A stretch of 32,000 bases of DNA from an uncultured archaeon (lineage in GTDB: Archaea > Asgardarchaeota > Lokiarchaeia > Sigyniarchaeales > Promethearchaeaceae): the NCBI GenBank assembly GCA_964426185.1, contig CAYRPF010000030.1:1-32000 (forward strand), given 5' to 3'. This document shows positions 1 to 7,664 of the stretch, piece after piece. Numbering within the stretch: position 1 is the first letter of the stretch; every line of letters begins with the position of its first letter. The translations under genes were made by a program, and so were the position numbers. Under the pieces are notes generated by a model. It did not search any database. It saw nothing but the letters and a program-made list of their open reading frames with translations, and was not told the origin of the DNA.

Positions 1-147
1 CACGCGTCCCCTGAAAGGATGGCTCATCAAAATGAGAGTTTATCAAGAGGCTTACTTCTGTCGCACAGAAAGAAAGAAAAGAAAAAAACAGAGTTAAATA
101 CCGGAAAATATTATTTGCTTTTCCCAAGATATTATTCAAATTCATAA

Positions 148-978
148 CTATAATTTTTGTCCTTTGATAAATGGATACATCAGTGCTTGGTTGAATATTG
201 TAACCAAATCACCTATATTGGAGTAAAACCCAGATATTTGAGTCCCTGCAGTGAAAGCGATGCAAACATCAGAACCATCTGCACTAATCATGAAAAAATT
301 CTTTCCAGGATAATTTGTTACTACCCAGCCCCGATTTTTCCAACCTTCAATTATTTCTTGATGTTCGCTCAAATTCAATGATGTTGCGATATTTACTACA
401 GAACTATCTGGAAGTTGTTCTAATTGTTCTAGTATCTCATGTTCTTGCAAAAATTCAACAGTAGGTACCACAATTCTTAAAGATCTAGTTGCATTTTTAA
501 TTCTATCTTTGAGATAATCTACTGCCAAATCCAATTCATAAATTATTCCCGTTAAACCCATTGAAACCGAATCGGCTTTTTCTTTAATTTCTTGGATTTT
601 TCGTTCTTTTTCTTCAACTTCCTTTTTCATCCGGTCTACTTCAAATGAAGTTCCAATCAATCCATCTTGAGCTTGACGTTGTTTTTGTTTTAATTTCTTG
701 ATCTTTTCATCTTTTTCTAAAAGCTGCATTTTTAACTCAATGATTTCTCTTTGAGTTTGTTCGCGCTCTGCAGCAATTTCTTTCATCAATTCGATCTTTG
801 CCCATAAAGCTTCATCTTTCTCTTTCGAGGCGGAAACTAATTTATCCATTAAATCAGAGATACGCTCATCCTTATTTTGAATGATTTGATCTTTTTGGGT
901 CAAAGATATCCCAAATTCGTGTAAATTGGATTTTATTTCTTCAATTTTCTGAGAAATTTGTGACAGTTGATCTTCCAT
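148..978 (-). CDS. Coiled-coil protein with C-terminal degenerate PLD-like (TrmB-middle-like) domain; paralog of 1045..2382
   Basis: 276 aa. About 140 aa of E/K/Q heptad-rich sequence, then 'IKNATRSLRIVVP...FFMISADGSDVCIAF...SGFYSNIGDLVTIFNQAL', a PLD-fold pattern with HKD reduced to the Asp. Confidence 0.6.
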   Translation of the reverse strand: MEDQLSQISQKIEEIKSNLHEFGISLTQKDQIIQNKDERISDLMDKLVSASKEKDEALWAKIELMKEIAAEREQTQREIIELKMQLLEKDEKIKKLKQKQRQAQDGLIGTSFEVDRMKKEVEEKERKIQEIKEKADSVSMGLTGIIYELDLAVDYLKDRIKNATRSLRIVVPTVEFLQEHEILEQLEQLPDSSVVNIATSLNLSEHQEIIEGWKNRGWVVTNYPGKNFFMISADGSDVCIAFTAGTQISGFYSNIGDLVTIFNQALMYPFIKGQKL

Positions 979-1044
979 ATTTTATCCCCTAATGTATCTT
1001 CTTAGTTATTAATTCATTTAACTCTTTTTTATTTTTGATTCTTA

Positions 1045-2382
1045 TTAATTCAATTTTGTTCCTTTTATGAAAGGAGTCATGATTGATTGCGAAAGTAATT
1101 TTACCAATTCAAGATTACGGGAGAATATTCCTGTTAAAACTTGCGTATCTGCGTTAAATACAGCAATTGCAGCACAAGTATTATCTATTGCTAAGGCAAA
1201 TAATTGAGAATCCTTATAATCGGTGATTTTAAAATTATGTTCTTGCAGTTCTTTTATAATTGCACTATCTCTGGATTTATCAATATTACAAGCGATATTC
1301 TTAAGCACAATTTGAGGGAGGGCTAACATTGATTCTTTTAATCCGTAATCTTCTATAAAAGATGCTTCAGGGAGAATAATTCGAATTGATCGATTAACAC
1401 TCGCCATTTGGAATTTAAAATGGGTAATTAAAGTGGAAATATTATGATATGTTCCTGTTTCACGTTCAAAAAGATCTTCTGGTGTCTCAGTGGGTGCTTG
1501 AACCCCAGTTTGTGCCCCCATTTTTTGCCATTCTTTAAGCTGTAGTTCGAGAGAAGCAATTTTTTCTTTATATTTTTTCATCATCCCTGGTTTTGTACTC
1601 TCATCACTTATTTTGCGAATCATACTCAATTCTTTGCGTTGTTCGGGTGTTTGATCGATTATTTGATGTAATTGCTCTAATTCTTGTTTTAATTGATCGA
1701 TTTCTTGATTTGCTTCTTGTAATTGCATGGCAGTTTTTGACGTTTCTTCACGGATTTTTTCCATCTCCAATGAAGCACCTAACAAGCCGTCTTGGGCATC
1801 TCTACTCTTTTTCCGTAGATCTTTGATTTTTCTATCTCGTTCTTCCAACTCACGTTCTAATTTTCCTAATTTTTCCACCAATTCGAGTTTTTCATTTGAA
1901 AGCTGTTCCATAAATGCAAATTTCTCAGCCTGATATTTCTCAGTGGCTTCGGACATTTCTTGGAATTTATGGCGGAAATCTTCGATTTTTTCATCTTTTT
2001 CTACGAGCAAGAGATCTTTAGTCTGTAATTGCTTCTCTTTTGAAAGTAACATTTCTTCTTTTGCTTGAATTGTTTGATTTGAAGTTTCAATCATATGAGC
2101 GAACTGTTTTAATTGTGTATTCAGCGCGTCTACTTCTTTAATTAAGCGAGCACGCTCTCTTTCTAAATTATTTTTGTCAGTTTCCAATACCGACATCATA
2201 CTGCGGAAATGGCGCGTATCTGAAGCGGCCTTAACTGCCTCATTAGTTAAATGATTGATTTTTTCGCTTAAATGGAGGATTTTTTCATCTTTCTCGCTAA
2301 TATCTTGCTCCTTCTTCTTCAATAAAGCTTCTAATTTGGATACTCTATCTTGTAATTCGAGAAATTCTTCTAATTGGCTCAT
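1045..2382 (-). CDS. Long coiled-coil protein with C-terminal degenerate PLD-like domain
   Basis: 445 aa with ~290 aa coiled coil. Shares 'AQDGL.G.S.E', 'RS.RI..P' and terminal 'PFIKG.KL' with 148..978. Confidence 0.6.
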   Translation of the reverse strand: MSQLEEFLELQDRVSKLEALLKKKEQDISEKDEKILHLSEKINHLTNEAVKAASDTRHFRSMMSVLETDKNNLERERARLIKEVDALNTQLKQFAHMIETSNQTIQAKEEMLLSKEKQLQTKDLLLVEKDEKIEDFRHKFQEMSEATEKYQAEKFAFMEQLSNEKLELVEKLGKLERELEERDRKIKDLRKKSRDAQDGLLGASLEMEKIREETSKTAMQLQEANQEIDQLKQELEQLHQIIDQTPEQRKELSMIRKISDESTKPGMMKKYKEKIASLELQLKEWQKMGAQTGVQAPTETPEDLFERETGTYHNISTLITHFKFQMASVNRSIRIILPEASFIEDYGLKESMLALPQIVLKNIACNIDKSRDSAIIKELQEHNFKITDYKDSQLFALAIDNTCAAIAVFNADTQVLTGIFSRNLELVKLLSQSIMTPFIKGTKLN

Positions 2383-2604
2383 TTTTTATTCAATCCAATA
2401 ATTTTTCTTCTACCTACATATTATCTCCGATTCTTTACCTTAAAAATTATTTGCGATTTTCTTCATGGGTGAGCGATTATTTATTTATTGTGAAATCATA
2501 TAGTTATTAGGGTTAATAAAAGGATTAATACTAGGAATAAATCATTGGATTGACCATTAAAAGTTCACTCCATATTCCTTTCATATATCAACACGTGAAA
2601 CCTT

Positions 2605-3015
2605 ATGACGCAATTCGGTAGCGATATTGGATTAAATCCAGAAGATATCTTAAAACTTGAGCCAGAAATAACATATATCACTTCAAACTGCAATATTGAA
2701 GCAATAGCATTGACCACGGATACTGGTTATCAAATTGCTTATGCAGCGCTCCCTACATATAAAGTTGATAGTGATGCATTAAGTGGAATCGCCTCAGCAA
2801 TGGTAATGACAGGAAAAATGGGCATGATGAATATGTTTAATGAACCACTTTCAGAAACCATCATTAGAGCCGATAATGGTTATATTGTTGTCACCAATGC
2901 AGGAAGATTTGTTTTAGTTGGTGCTGGGCGTGATATTAAAAATTTGATGAAAACTGTAAAGGTTTTCAGAATTGCTGCCCAGAGAATTGCCGTAAACTTT
3001 CCTGCGGTTGCTTAA
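2605..3015 (+). CDS. Roadblock/LC7 (MglB-like) domain protein
   Basis: 136 aa. 'IEAIALTTDTGYQIA...DALSGIASAM...LSETIIRADNGYIVVTNAG...' follows the roadblock helix/strand pattern. Confidence 0.85.
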   Translation: MTQFGSDIGLNPEDILKLEPEITYITSNCNIEAIALTTDTGYQIAYAALPTYKVDSDALSGIASAMVMTGKMGMMNMFNEPLSETIIRADNGYIVVTNAGRFVLVGAGRDIKNLMKTVKVFRIAAQRIAVNFPAVA

Positions 3016-3078
3016 AAAATCAAAATTTTTCTATTTCTTTTTTGAATTTGATTCTACTTGATTATTTTACGCAATGCA

Positions 3079-3630
3079 CTACCATGGATCCCAATCAGTC
3101 TCTCTTAAGCGTTGTTTTCGAGTAGCACTAGATTTTGAAGAAGATGGGGTAGTCGCTGTTTCATCAGTGGATGATATTTTAGATCCAATTGAAATTGGTT
3201 TTTTTGAAGCCAAAATTGCAACATTTTTTGATGAAACTGCTTCTGCGACAGGTTCACTAGGAATTGTTTCTGCAAAATCTTTAACCAACCTGTCAATTTC
3301 ATCTTGATCCGATTGCGTCATTCCAGGTGTCCAGGGCTTTGGTTGAGCTATAGAAGATTCGCTTGAAATATAATGATCTTGATTGGAAACTTTGTTAATA
3401 TTTTCGTTCGAAGGCGTGCTAATCGTTTCTTTAAAATTTGTTAAAATTTCAAAAAAACTCTCAAACTCATTTGGAGACATTTCAAATTCTATTCGCTCGT
3501 CTCTTTTTTCCAATGCTAAAGTTACGCGCGTGATCATTCCATCCATCTCTGTAAAACGGCATTCAAATTTTCCGGGCTTTTCCTTCCGCTTAATCGACCA
3601 CACGGTTTCATTCGCTTTCTCGAGTTTCAC
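3079..3630 (-). CDS. Hypothetical protein: small N-terminal beta/alpha domain, Ser/Thr-rich disordered linker, C-terminal DWDPW tail
   Basis: 183 aa, GTG start, fills the gap between the roadblock gene and the tRNA. Confidence 0.7.
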   Translation of the reverse strand: MKLEKANETVWSIKRKEKPGKFECRFTEMDGMITRVTLALEKRDERIEFEMSPNEFESFFEILTNFKETISTPSNENINKVSNQDHYISSESSIAQPKPWTPGMTQSDQDEIDRLVKDFAETIPSEPVAEAVSSKNVAILASKKPISIGSKISSTDETATTPSSSKSSATRKQRLRETDWDPW

Positions 3631-3743
3631 ACCAAAACACCACTTCTATATGTAGTACATTTAGATATTCAAGGATAAAAAACTTATTCGACCCAAGCAT
3701 AAAATTCAAAATTTATGTTTGATATTTTATTAATAATAATTAC

Positions 3744-3846
3744 GGAACCGTTTTCTAGCCAGGTAAAATAAATTTGAATATTTTTGGTATATAAGAAGCT
3801 GGACTTCTAATCCAGTTTTTCGCAGGTTCGAATCCTGCCGGTTCCA
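3744..3846 (+). tRNA. tRNA-Arg (anticodon TCT) with a 27-nt intron in the D-loop (3764..3790)
   Basis: Acceptor GGAACCG/CGGTTCC, D-stem TTCT/AGAA, anticodon arm CTGGA-CTTCTAA-TCCAG, T-arm GCAGG-TTCGAAT-CCTGC. Removing 3764..3790 gives D-loop AGCCAGGATA. A T-run follows; CCA is not encoded. Confidence 0.93.
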
Positions 3847-3872
3847 TTTTATTTTTGAAATTAGATAAAAAA

Positions 3873-4811
3873 TTATGGTGAAATTAAGGATGGAACAGCA
3901 GGGATTTTCACAAATCGACTGATTTCTTTGAATCTACTACGAAGAGTAACCTCAGTAACCTTGATGGTTTTCGCGATTCTGCTCTGTGAACGGGGTTGAT
4001 GATGATACAGACTGGCAACGTATAATGCAGCGGCTAAAATACCTTTAGGATCTCTACCTGCCACATTATATCGTTTACGATAATGTTTGATGATTTTTAT
4101 GGCAGTTTTTTCTACATTATTGTCTAACTGTAAAGCAGTAATATATTTCGGTACTAAAAGAATTGGATCTAATGCAGGTACGGTCAATTTCAGTTCACGA
4201 ATAATTGTGCGATAACATCGGCGAACATCCCGAGGTTCACTGTCTGAAAATCTCATTATTTCTTGCATTGTTCTGGGAATTCGGTCAGAACGACAAGCAT
4301 AATAAAGACAAGCAACTACCATGGCTTTAATAGAGCGCCCACGTAATAATTTCAGCTTAAATGCTTGTCGGTATATTTTTGCAGCATATTCTTTAACTCG
4401 TTGAGGAAGATTCAATAATGCCCCGATTCTTTTGATTTCGGTAGCTGCAATGAGCATATTACGGTTACTCCAACTCATGCGTGTATTCCATTTGATAATT
4501 CGCTTCATTCGTTGAGATAATTGTATACTTGTATCAATTACTGTGGACAAGCCAAGATCAGGCAATAAGGGCGAAACGGGGCTTCCAGTTTGATCCCGTT
4601 TACTTTTTTCAGAGTAAGAAAACGCGCGTCGACCCTCTCGTGCATTATCGATCAAATGATGGGAGAGTACTAAGCCACAAGTGGCACACACATTCTCACC
4701 GCGAGCTTGATCAATAATAATATTGAATGAATTACATTCGGGACAATGGTTAAGATCTCCTGAATTGAAGGAATGATGATGTGAAACATTAGAATTTGTG
4801 ATGTCAGTCAT
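3873..4811 (-). CDS. tfb: Transcription initiation factor IIB (TFB)
   Basis: Zn ribbon CPEC...CATCG; two cyclin repeats with 'LLRGRSIKAMVVACLYYACR' and 'GRDPKGILAAALY...VTEVTLRSR'. Confidence 0.97.
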   Translation of the reverse strand: MTDITNSNVSHHHSFNSGDLNHCPECNSFNIIIDQARGENVCATCGLVLSHHLIDNAREGRRAFSYSEKSKRDQTGSPVSPLLPDLGLSTVIDTSIQLSQRMKRIIKWNTRMSWSNRNMLIAATEIKRIGALLNLPQRVKEYAAKIYRQAFKLKLLRGRSIKAMVVACLYYACRSDRIPRTMQEIMRFSDSEPRDVRRCYRTIIRELKLTVPALDPILLVPKYITALQLDNNVEKTAIKIIKHYRKRYNVAGRDPKGILAAALYVASLYHHQPRSQSRIAKTIKVTEVTLRSRFKEISRFVKIPAVPSLISP

Positions 4812-5022
4812 GGTTGTTGATTCCTATTGAATCTATTTCAGTTATTACATGAAAATTTTAAAGTTAATAAAAAATGGCGATTTTTTTATCAACAGTATCA
4901 ATGAATTCAATATTAGTATTTAAAAGTTGTAAAAAAAATATCCGCAGATGTGAAAAATTGGAAAAATTCCAAAAAAAAAATCATGTAATTGAAAATATTC
5001 CAATTTCACTTGGAAAATTTGG

Positions 5023-5343
5023 TTATTTTGTTCTTTTGATCAAATGATACCCAAATTGTGTTTTGATGGGTTCAGAAATTTGATTAATTTGCAACTTGGT
5101 ACATGCATTCCAAAATTCATCTACCATTTTTCCTTTTGGAAATTCACCCAGATTCCCACCTTTTTTTTTACTCGGGCATTCAGAATATTTCCGAGCCATT
5201 TCTGCAAAATCAGCTCCAGCATCAAGTTCATCCCGTATTTGTTGAGCGAGACTTAGTTTTTTAACGAGTATATGAGATGCTTTCATTTTCCCATTACGAA
5301 TTGAAGCACCACCACTACGTCCAGATTTAGAAGATTTACCCAT
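5023..5343 (-). CDS. Parvulin-type peptidyl-prolyl cis-trans isomerase
   Basis: 'ASHILV', 'FAEMARKYSECPS...GGNLG', 'PIKTQFGYHLI'. Confidence 0.95.
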   Translation of the reverse strand: MGKSSKSGRSGGASIRNGKMKASHILVKKLSLAQQIRDELDAGADFAEMARKYSECPSKKKGGNLGEFPKGKMVDEFWNACTKLQINQISEPIKTQFGYHLIKRTK

Positions 5344-5374
5344 TTAGAGCACTGTAATTAAAAAGAGATGGATT

Positions 5375-6097
5375 TTAATTATATTTTTCGATTATATCAA
5401 AAAGATCATAGAGACTGTTCAGATGAAAATCTGGCTTCACCAGAAATCTCTGTTTTGTGATATTTGGATCATATTTCGTACCCCGATGAATAAGAGCAGT
5501 AATTATTCCAACTGATTTTGCAGGAGCAATATCGTTATCCACTCGATCACCTATATACAGCATTTCTTGAGGCTTTAAGTGAAATCTATTTAAGAATAGC
5601 TCAAATAAAAATGGATGGGGTTTGCGCGCAGCTACTTCATCAGAGATCAAAATTTCATCAACAATGGGTTCTAATTTCAAACGTAGTATCTTCTCATACT
5701 GTTTTTTAGGAGAGCCATCTGTTATTATTGCCGTTTTAATCTCAAGTTTTTGCAATTTCTGCAATGTTTTAACCACATCTTTAAATAAATGGAAGTGTTT
5801 AACCTTTTCGCGATGATATCCCATAACTCCTGCAGCAACAAATTTATTGATGTTGAATTTTCGACTTAGTTGAACATTGGGATCGTTCCGGAGTCGAATT
5901 ATCAAATTATCCAAATGAAATTCATTGTTACTCCCGAACTCTGCTACAATTTCATTTAACATCTGCGTTGCATAATCTTCTGGAACGGGTAATCCATAAT
6001 TTATCATCATTTGCACTGATGCTTTTCGAGCTTTTTCAACAAGAAGAGTTCCGTTGAAAAGAGTGTCATCCAAATCAAATGCTACGCAGCGAATCAT
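5375..6097 (-). CDS. HAD-superfamily hydrolase (subfamily IA, archaeal TIGR02253-like)
   Basis: Motif I 'FDLDDTL', 'IITDG', 'KPHP', motif IV 'YIGDRVDNDI'. Confidence 0.92.
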   Translation of the reverse strand: MIRCVAFDLDDTLFNGTLLVEKARKASVQMMINYGLPVPEDYATQMLNEIVAEFGSNNEFHLDNLIIRLRNDPNVQLSRKFNINKFVAAGVMGYHREKVKHFHLFKDVVKTLQKLQKLEIKTAIITDGSPKKQYEKILRLKLEPIVDEILISDEVAARKPHPFLFELFLNRFHLKPQEMLYIGDRVDNDIAPAKSVGIITALIHRGTKYDPNITKQRFLVKPDFHLNSLYDLFDIIEKYN

Positions 6098-6152
6098 GAG
6101 AAGTCACAATTTATTCAATTTTTCTATAACAGATGAATAATTAAATTCCATC

Positions 6153-6303
6153 CCGCTTAAATCTTTCCCATAGTAATTTCTGCTAAAAGTCTGAGATGCA
6201 CCCTAACGGTTTAGCATGATTAGTGGCCTAGGGCACATAATGGCTTAGTCATAGTAATGGTTTAACTATGCCTTAGTGTAGCATTAACTCAGAGTTTAAG
6301 CGG
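6153..6303. ncRNA. Candidate structured non-coding RNA or foldback element, family unknown
   Basis: Nested complementary blocks: CCGCTTAAA 6153-6161/TTTAAGCGG 6295-6303; TCTGAG 6190-6195/CTCAGA 6288-6293; ATGC/GCAT; CTAA/TTAG; two apical hairpins. Confidence 0.5.
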
Positions 6304-6384
6304 AAAATGATGAAAATATGAATGCTATGAGATTAACCGATAAGTAGAAAAAAAGAAAATCTAAAATAAAAGGGGAATAAATAA

Positions 6385-7545
6385 CTAAACATCATCTGAA
6401 TTAGAAGTAATACTTCGATAAGAATAAGCCCGAGCAATGTATCCTTTGGTTTCTTTTGGTAAAAGTCCTTTTAAATACTCGGGAAAGCTCGCAGTTAAAA
6501 CTATATCGGTCTTCAGTAAATATAAGTGCTCACCTGCATATGAAAAATCTTGTATAATATTCTTCTGTTTTAAAAATTCTAGATTTTCCAGAAGTTCTTT
6601 TGATGAATCTTCTGAATATAGAGAAAGAATTTTATCTTTGGCAAGTGGTCCTTGCCGCAGCTGTGTGATAATGTTATATTTCTTTGAATCGGCAAAAATA
6701 GTGAATAATTCCAGTGAATCCATCGAAGAAGGGCTATATGTTTCAAAAAAATCTCGGACTTCATTGATATAAATTTCTGTTAAATCAGACATTTCAGGAG
6801 AATCTTCTTCTTCTAAATCTATCACGCAATTGGGAGGTACACGCATAATCGAGACATCTTTTACCAAAAGTACATAAGAATCTTGTCCAATTGAATTAAC
6901 AAACACAAATTTTTGTTCTTGTAATTCTTCTATGATTTTTTCAAAAGAATAATTGGGAAAAACCACTTCAAACCATTTCTGCAAATCTTCATTCGAAATA
7001 GGACCTTTGGATAGTTTTTTAATTACATTGAAGATCTCCTTTTTACTCATTATAGAAGCCCATTTTTCCTCTTCGGTTCGTTCCCTTAATTCTTCTACCC
7101 CAGTCCAATAAAGTTCTTTGAGCCAAAATCTGATATTAGAATTAAACTCTTTTATTTTCGGATAATCTGCTTCAGATACTTGAGTATCTTCAGTACTATA
7201 AAAAGCTTTAAAGAGATTTTTCTGAGTTTTCATTTTTTCAGCAAATTCTCGAGTGAATTCTTTAAAAATAGCTTCTTCCATTTGATTTGGAGTTTTATCA
7301 ATAACAAAGGATACCATTAACATTTCTTTATTTCCACGAGCCCATTCACTGTTAATTTCAAAATAATAATTCATGGAAGCTAGCTTTCCAAATTTGTGTG
7401 TAAAATATCCCTCTTCGTAAATTTGATCCATGAATTCTGCCAGACGACTCTTTTCATCCTCTGTTAGAATATCTTCAGGGAAGCTGTAATACACAATGGG
7501 TCCAATTTTACGGTGGAAATAACTAATAGCGACTGATGCTTGCAT
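6385..7545 (-). CDS. Longin/uDENN-domain protein with two winged-helix-like repeats (NPRL2/folliculin-like)
   Basis: N-terminus 'SYFHRKIGPIVYYSFPEDIL' resembles the uDENN/NPRL2 'F(H/D)...GP.....P' motif; 'FEINSEWARG' motif; two repeats 'I..L..GP......L..L.....I'. Confidence 0.7.
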   Translation of the reverse strand: MQASVAISYFHRKIGPIVYYSFPEDILTEDEKSRLAEFMDQIYEEGYFTHKFGKLASMNYYFEINSEWARGNKEMLMVSFVIDKTPNQMEEAIFKEFTREFAEKMKTQKNLFKAFYSTEDTQVSEADYPKIKEFNSNIRFWLKELYWTGVEELRERTEEEKWASIMSKKEIFNVIKKLSKGPISNEDLQKWFEVVFPNYSFEKIIEELQEQKFVFVNSIGQDSYVLLVKDVSIMRVPPNCVIDLEEEDSPEMSDLTEIYINEVRDFFETYSPSSMDSLELFTIFADSKKYNIITQLRQGPLAKDKILSLYSEDSSKELLENLEFLKQKNIIQDFSYAGEHLYLLKTDIVLTASFPEYLKGLLPKETKGYIARAYSYRSITSNSDDV

Positions 7546-7664
7546 ATTGGTTGCTCGACTTGTTGTTCTTTAATACCTAGATCAAAGTATCTATATTAAA
7601 TAATCTGGTGTTAACCTAAAAAATAATCGGTTAAATAGTTATTTGAAGAAAAAAGAAAAGGATA

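Noticed and set aside
1-97. Relatively GC-rich window start with small hairpins (CTCAT-CAAA-ATGAG; TTCTGT-CGC-ACAGAA); considered RNase P RNA 3' end, SECIS, SAM riboswitch or a CDS end/start
   Set aside because: Truncated by the window edge, and none of the consensus motifs match convincingly. The + strand frame 2 is open to 97 and a minus-strand ATG lies at 27, so the region is unresolved.
1045-2382. SMC/Rad50 call for the coiled-coil protein
   Set aside because: No Walker A/B, signature motif, hinge or zinc hook.
2510-2555. Four loose GG(A/T)(T/A)AAT-like units at 11-13 bp spacing in the roadblock/coiled-coil spacer
   Set aside because: Too degenerate and irregular in AT-rich DNA to support.
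3744-3846. tRNA as integration site of a mobile element
   Set aside because: No duplicated tRNA 3' end or integrase seen; the flanks are housekeeping genes.
6153-6303. Assignment of the structured element as SRP RNA, 5S rRNA or RNase P RNA
   Set aside because: Lacks the SRP helix-8 motif, 5S conserved loops and RNase P CR-I/CR-V; too short for archaeal SRP or RNase P RNA.
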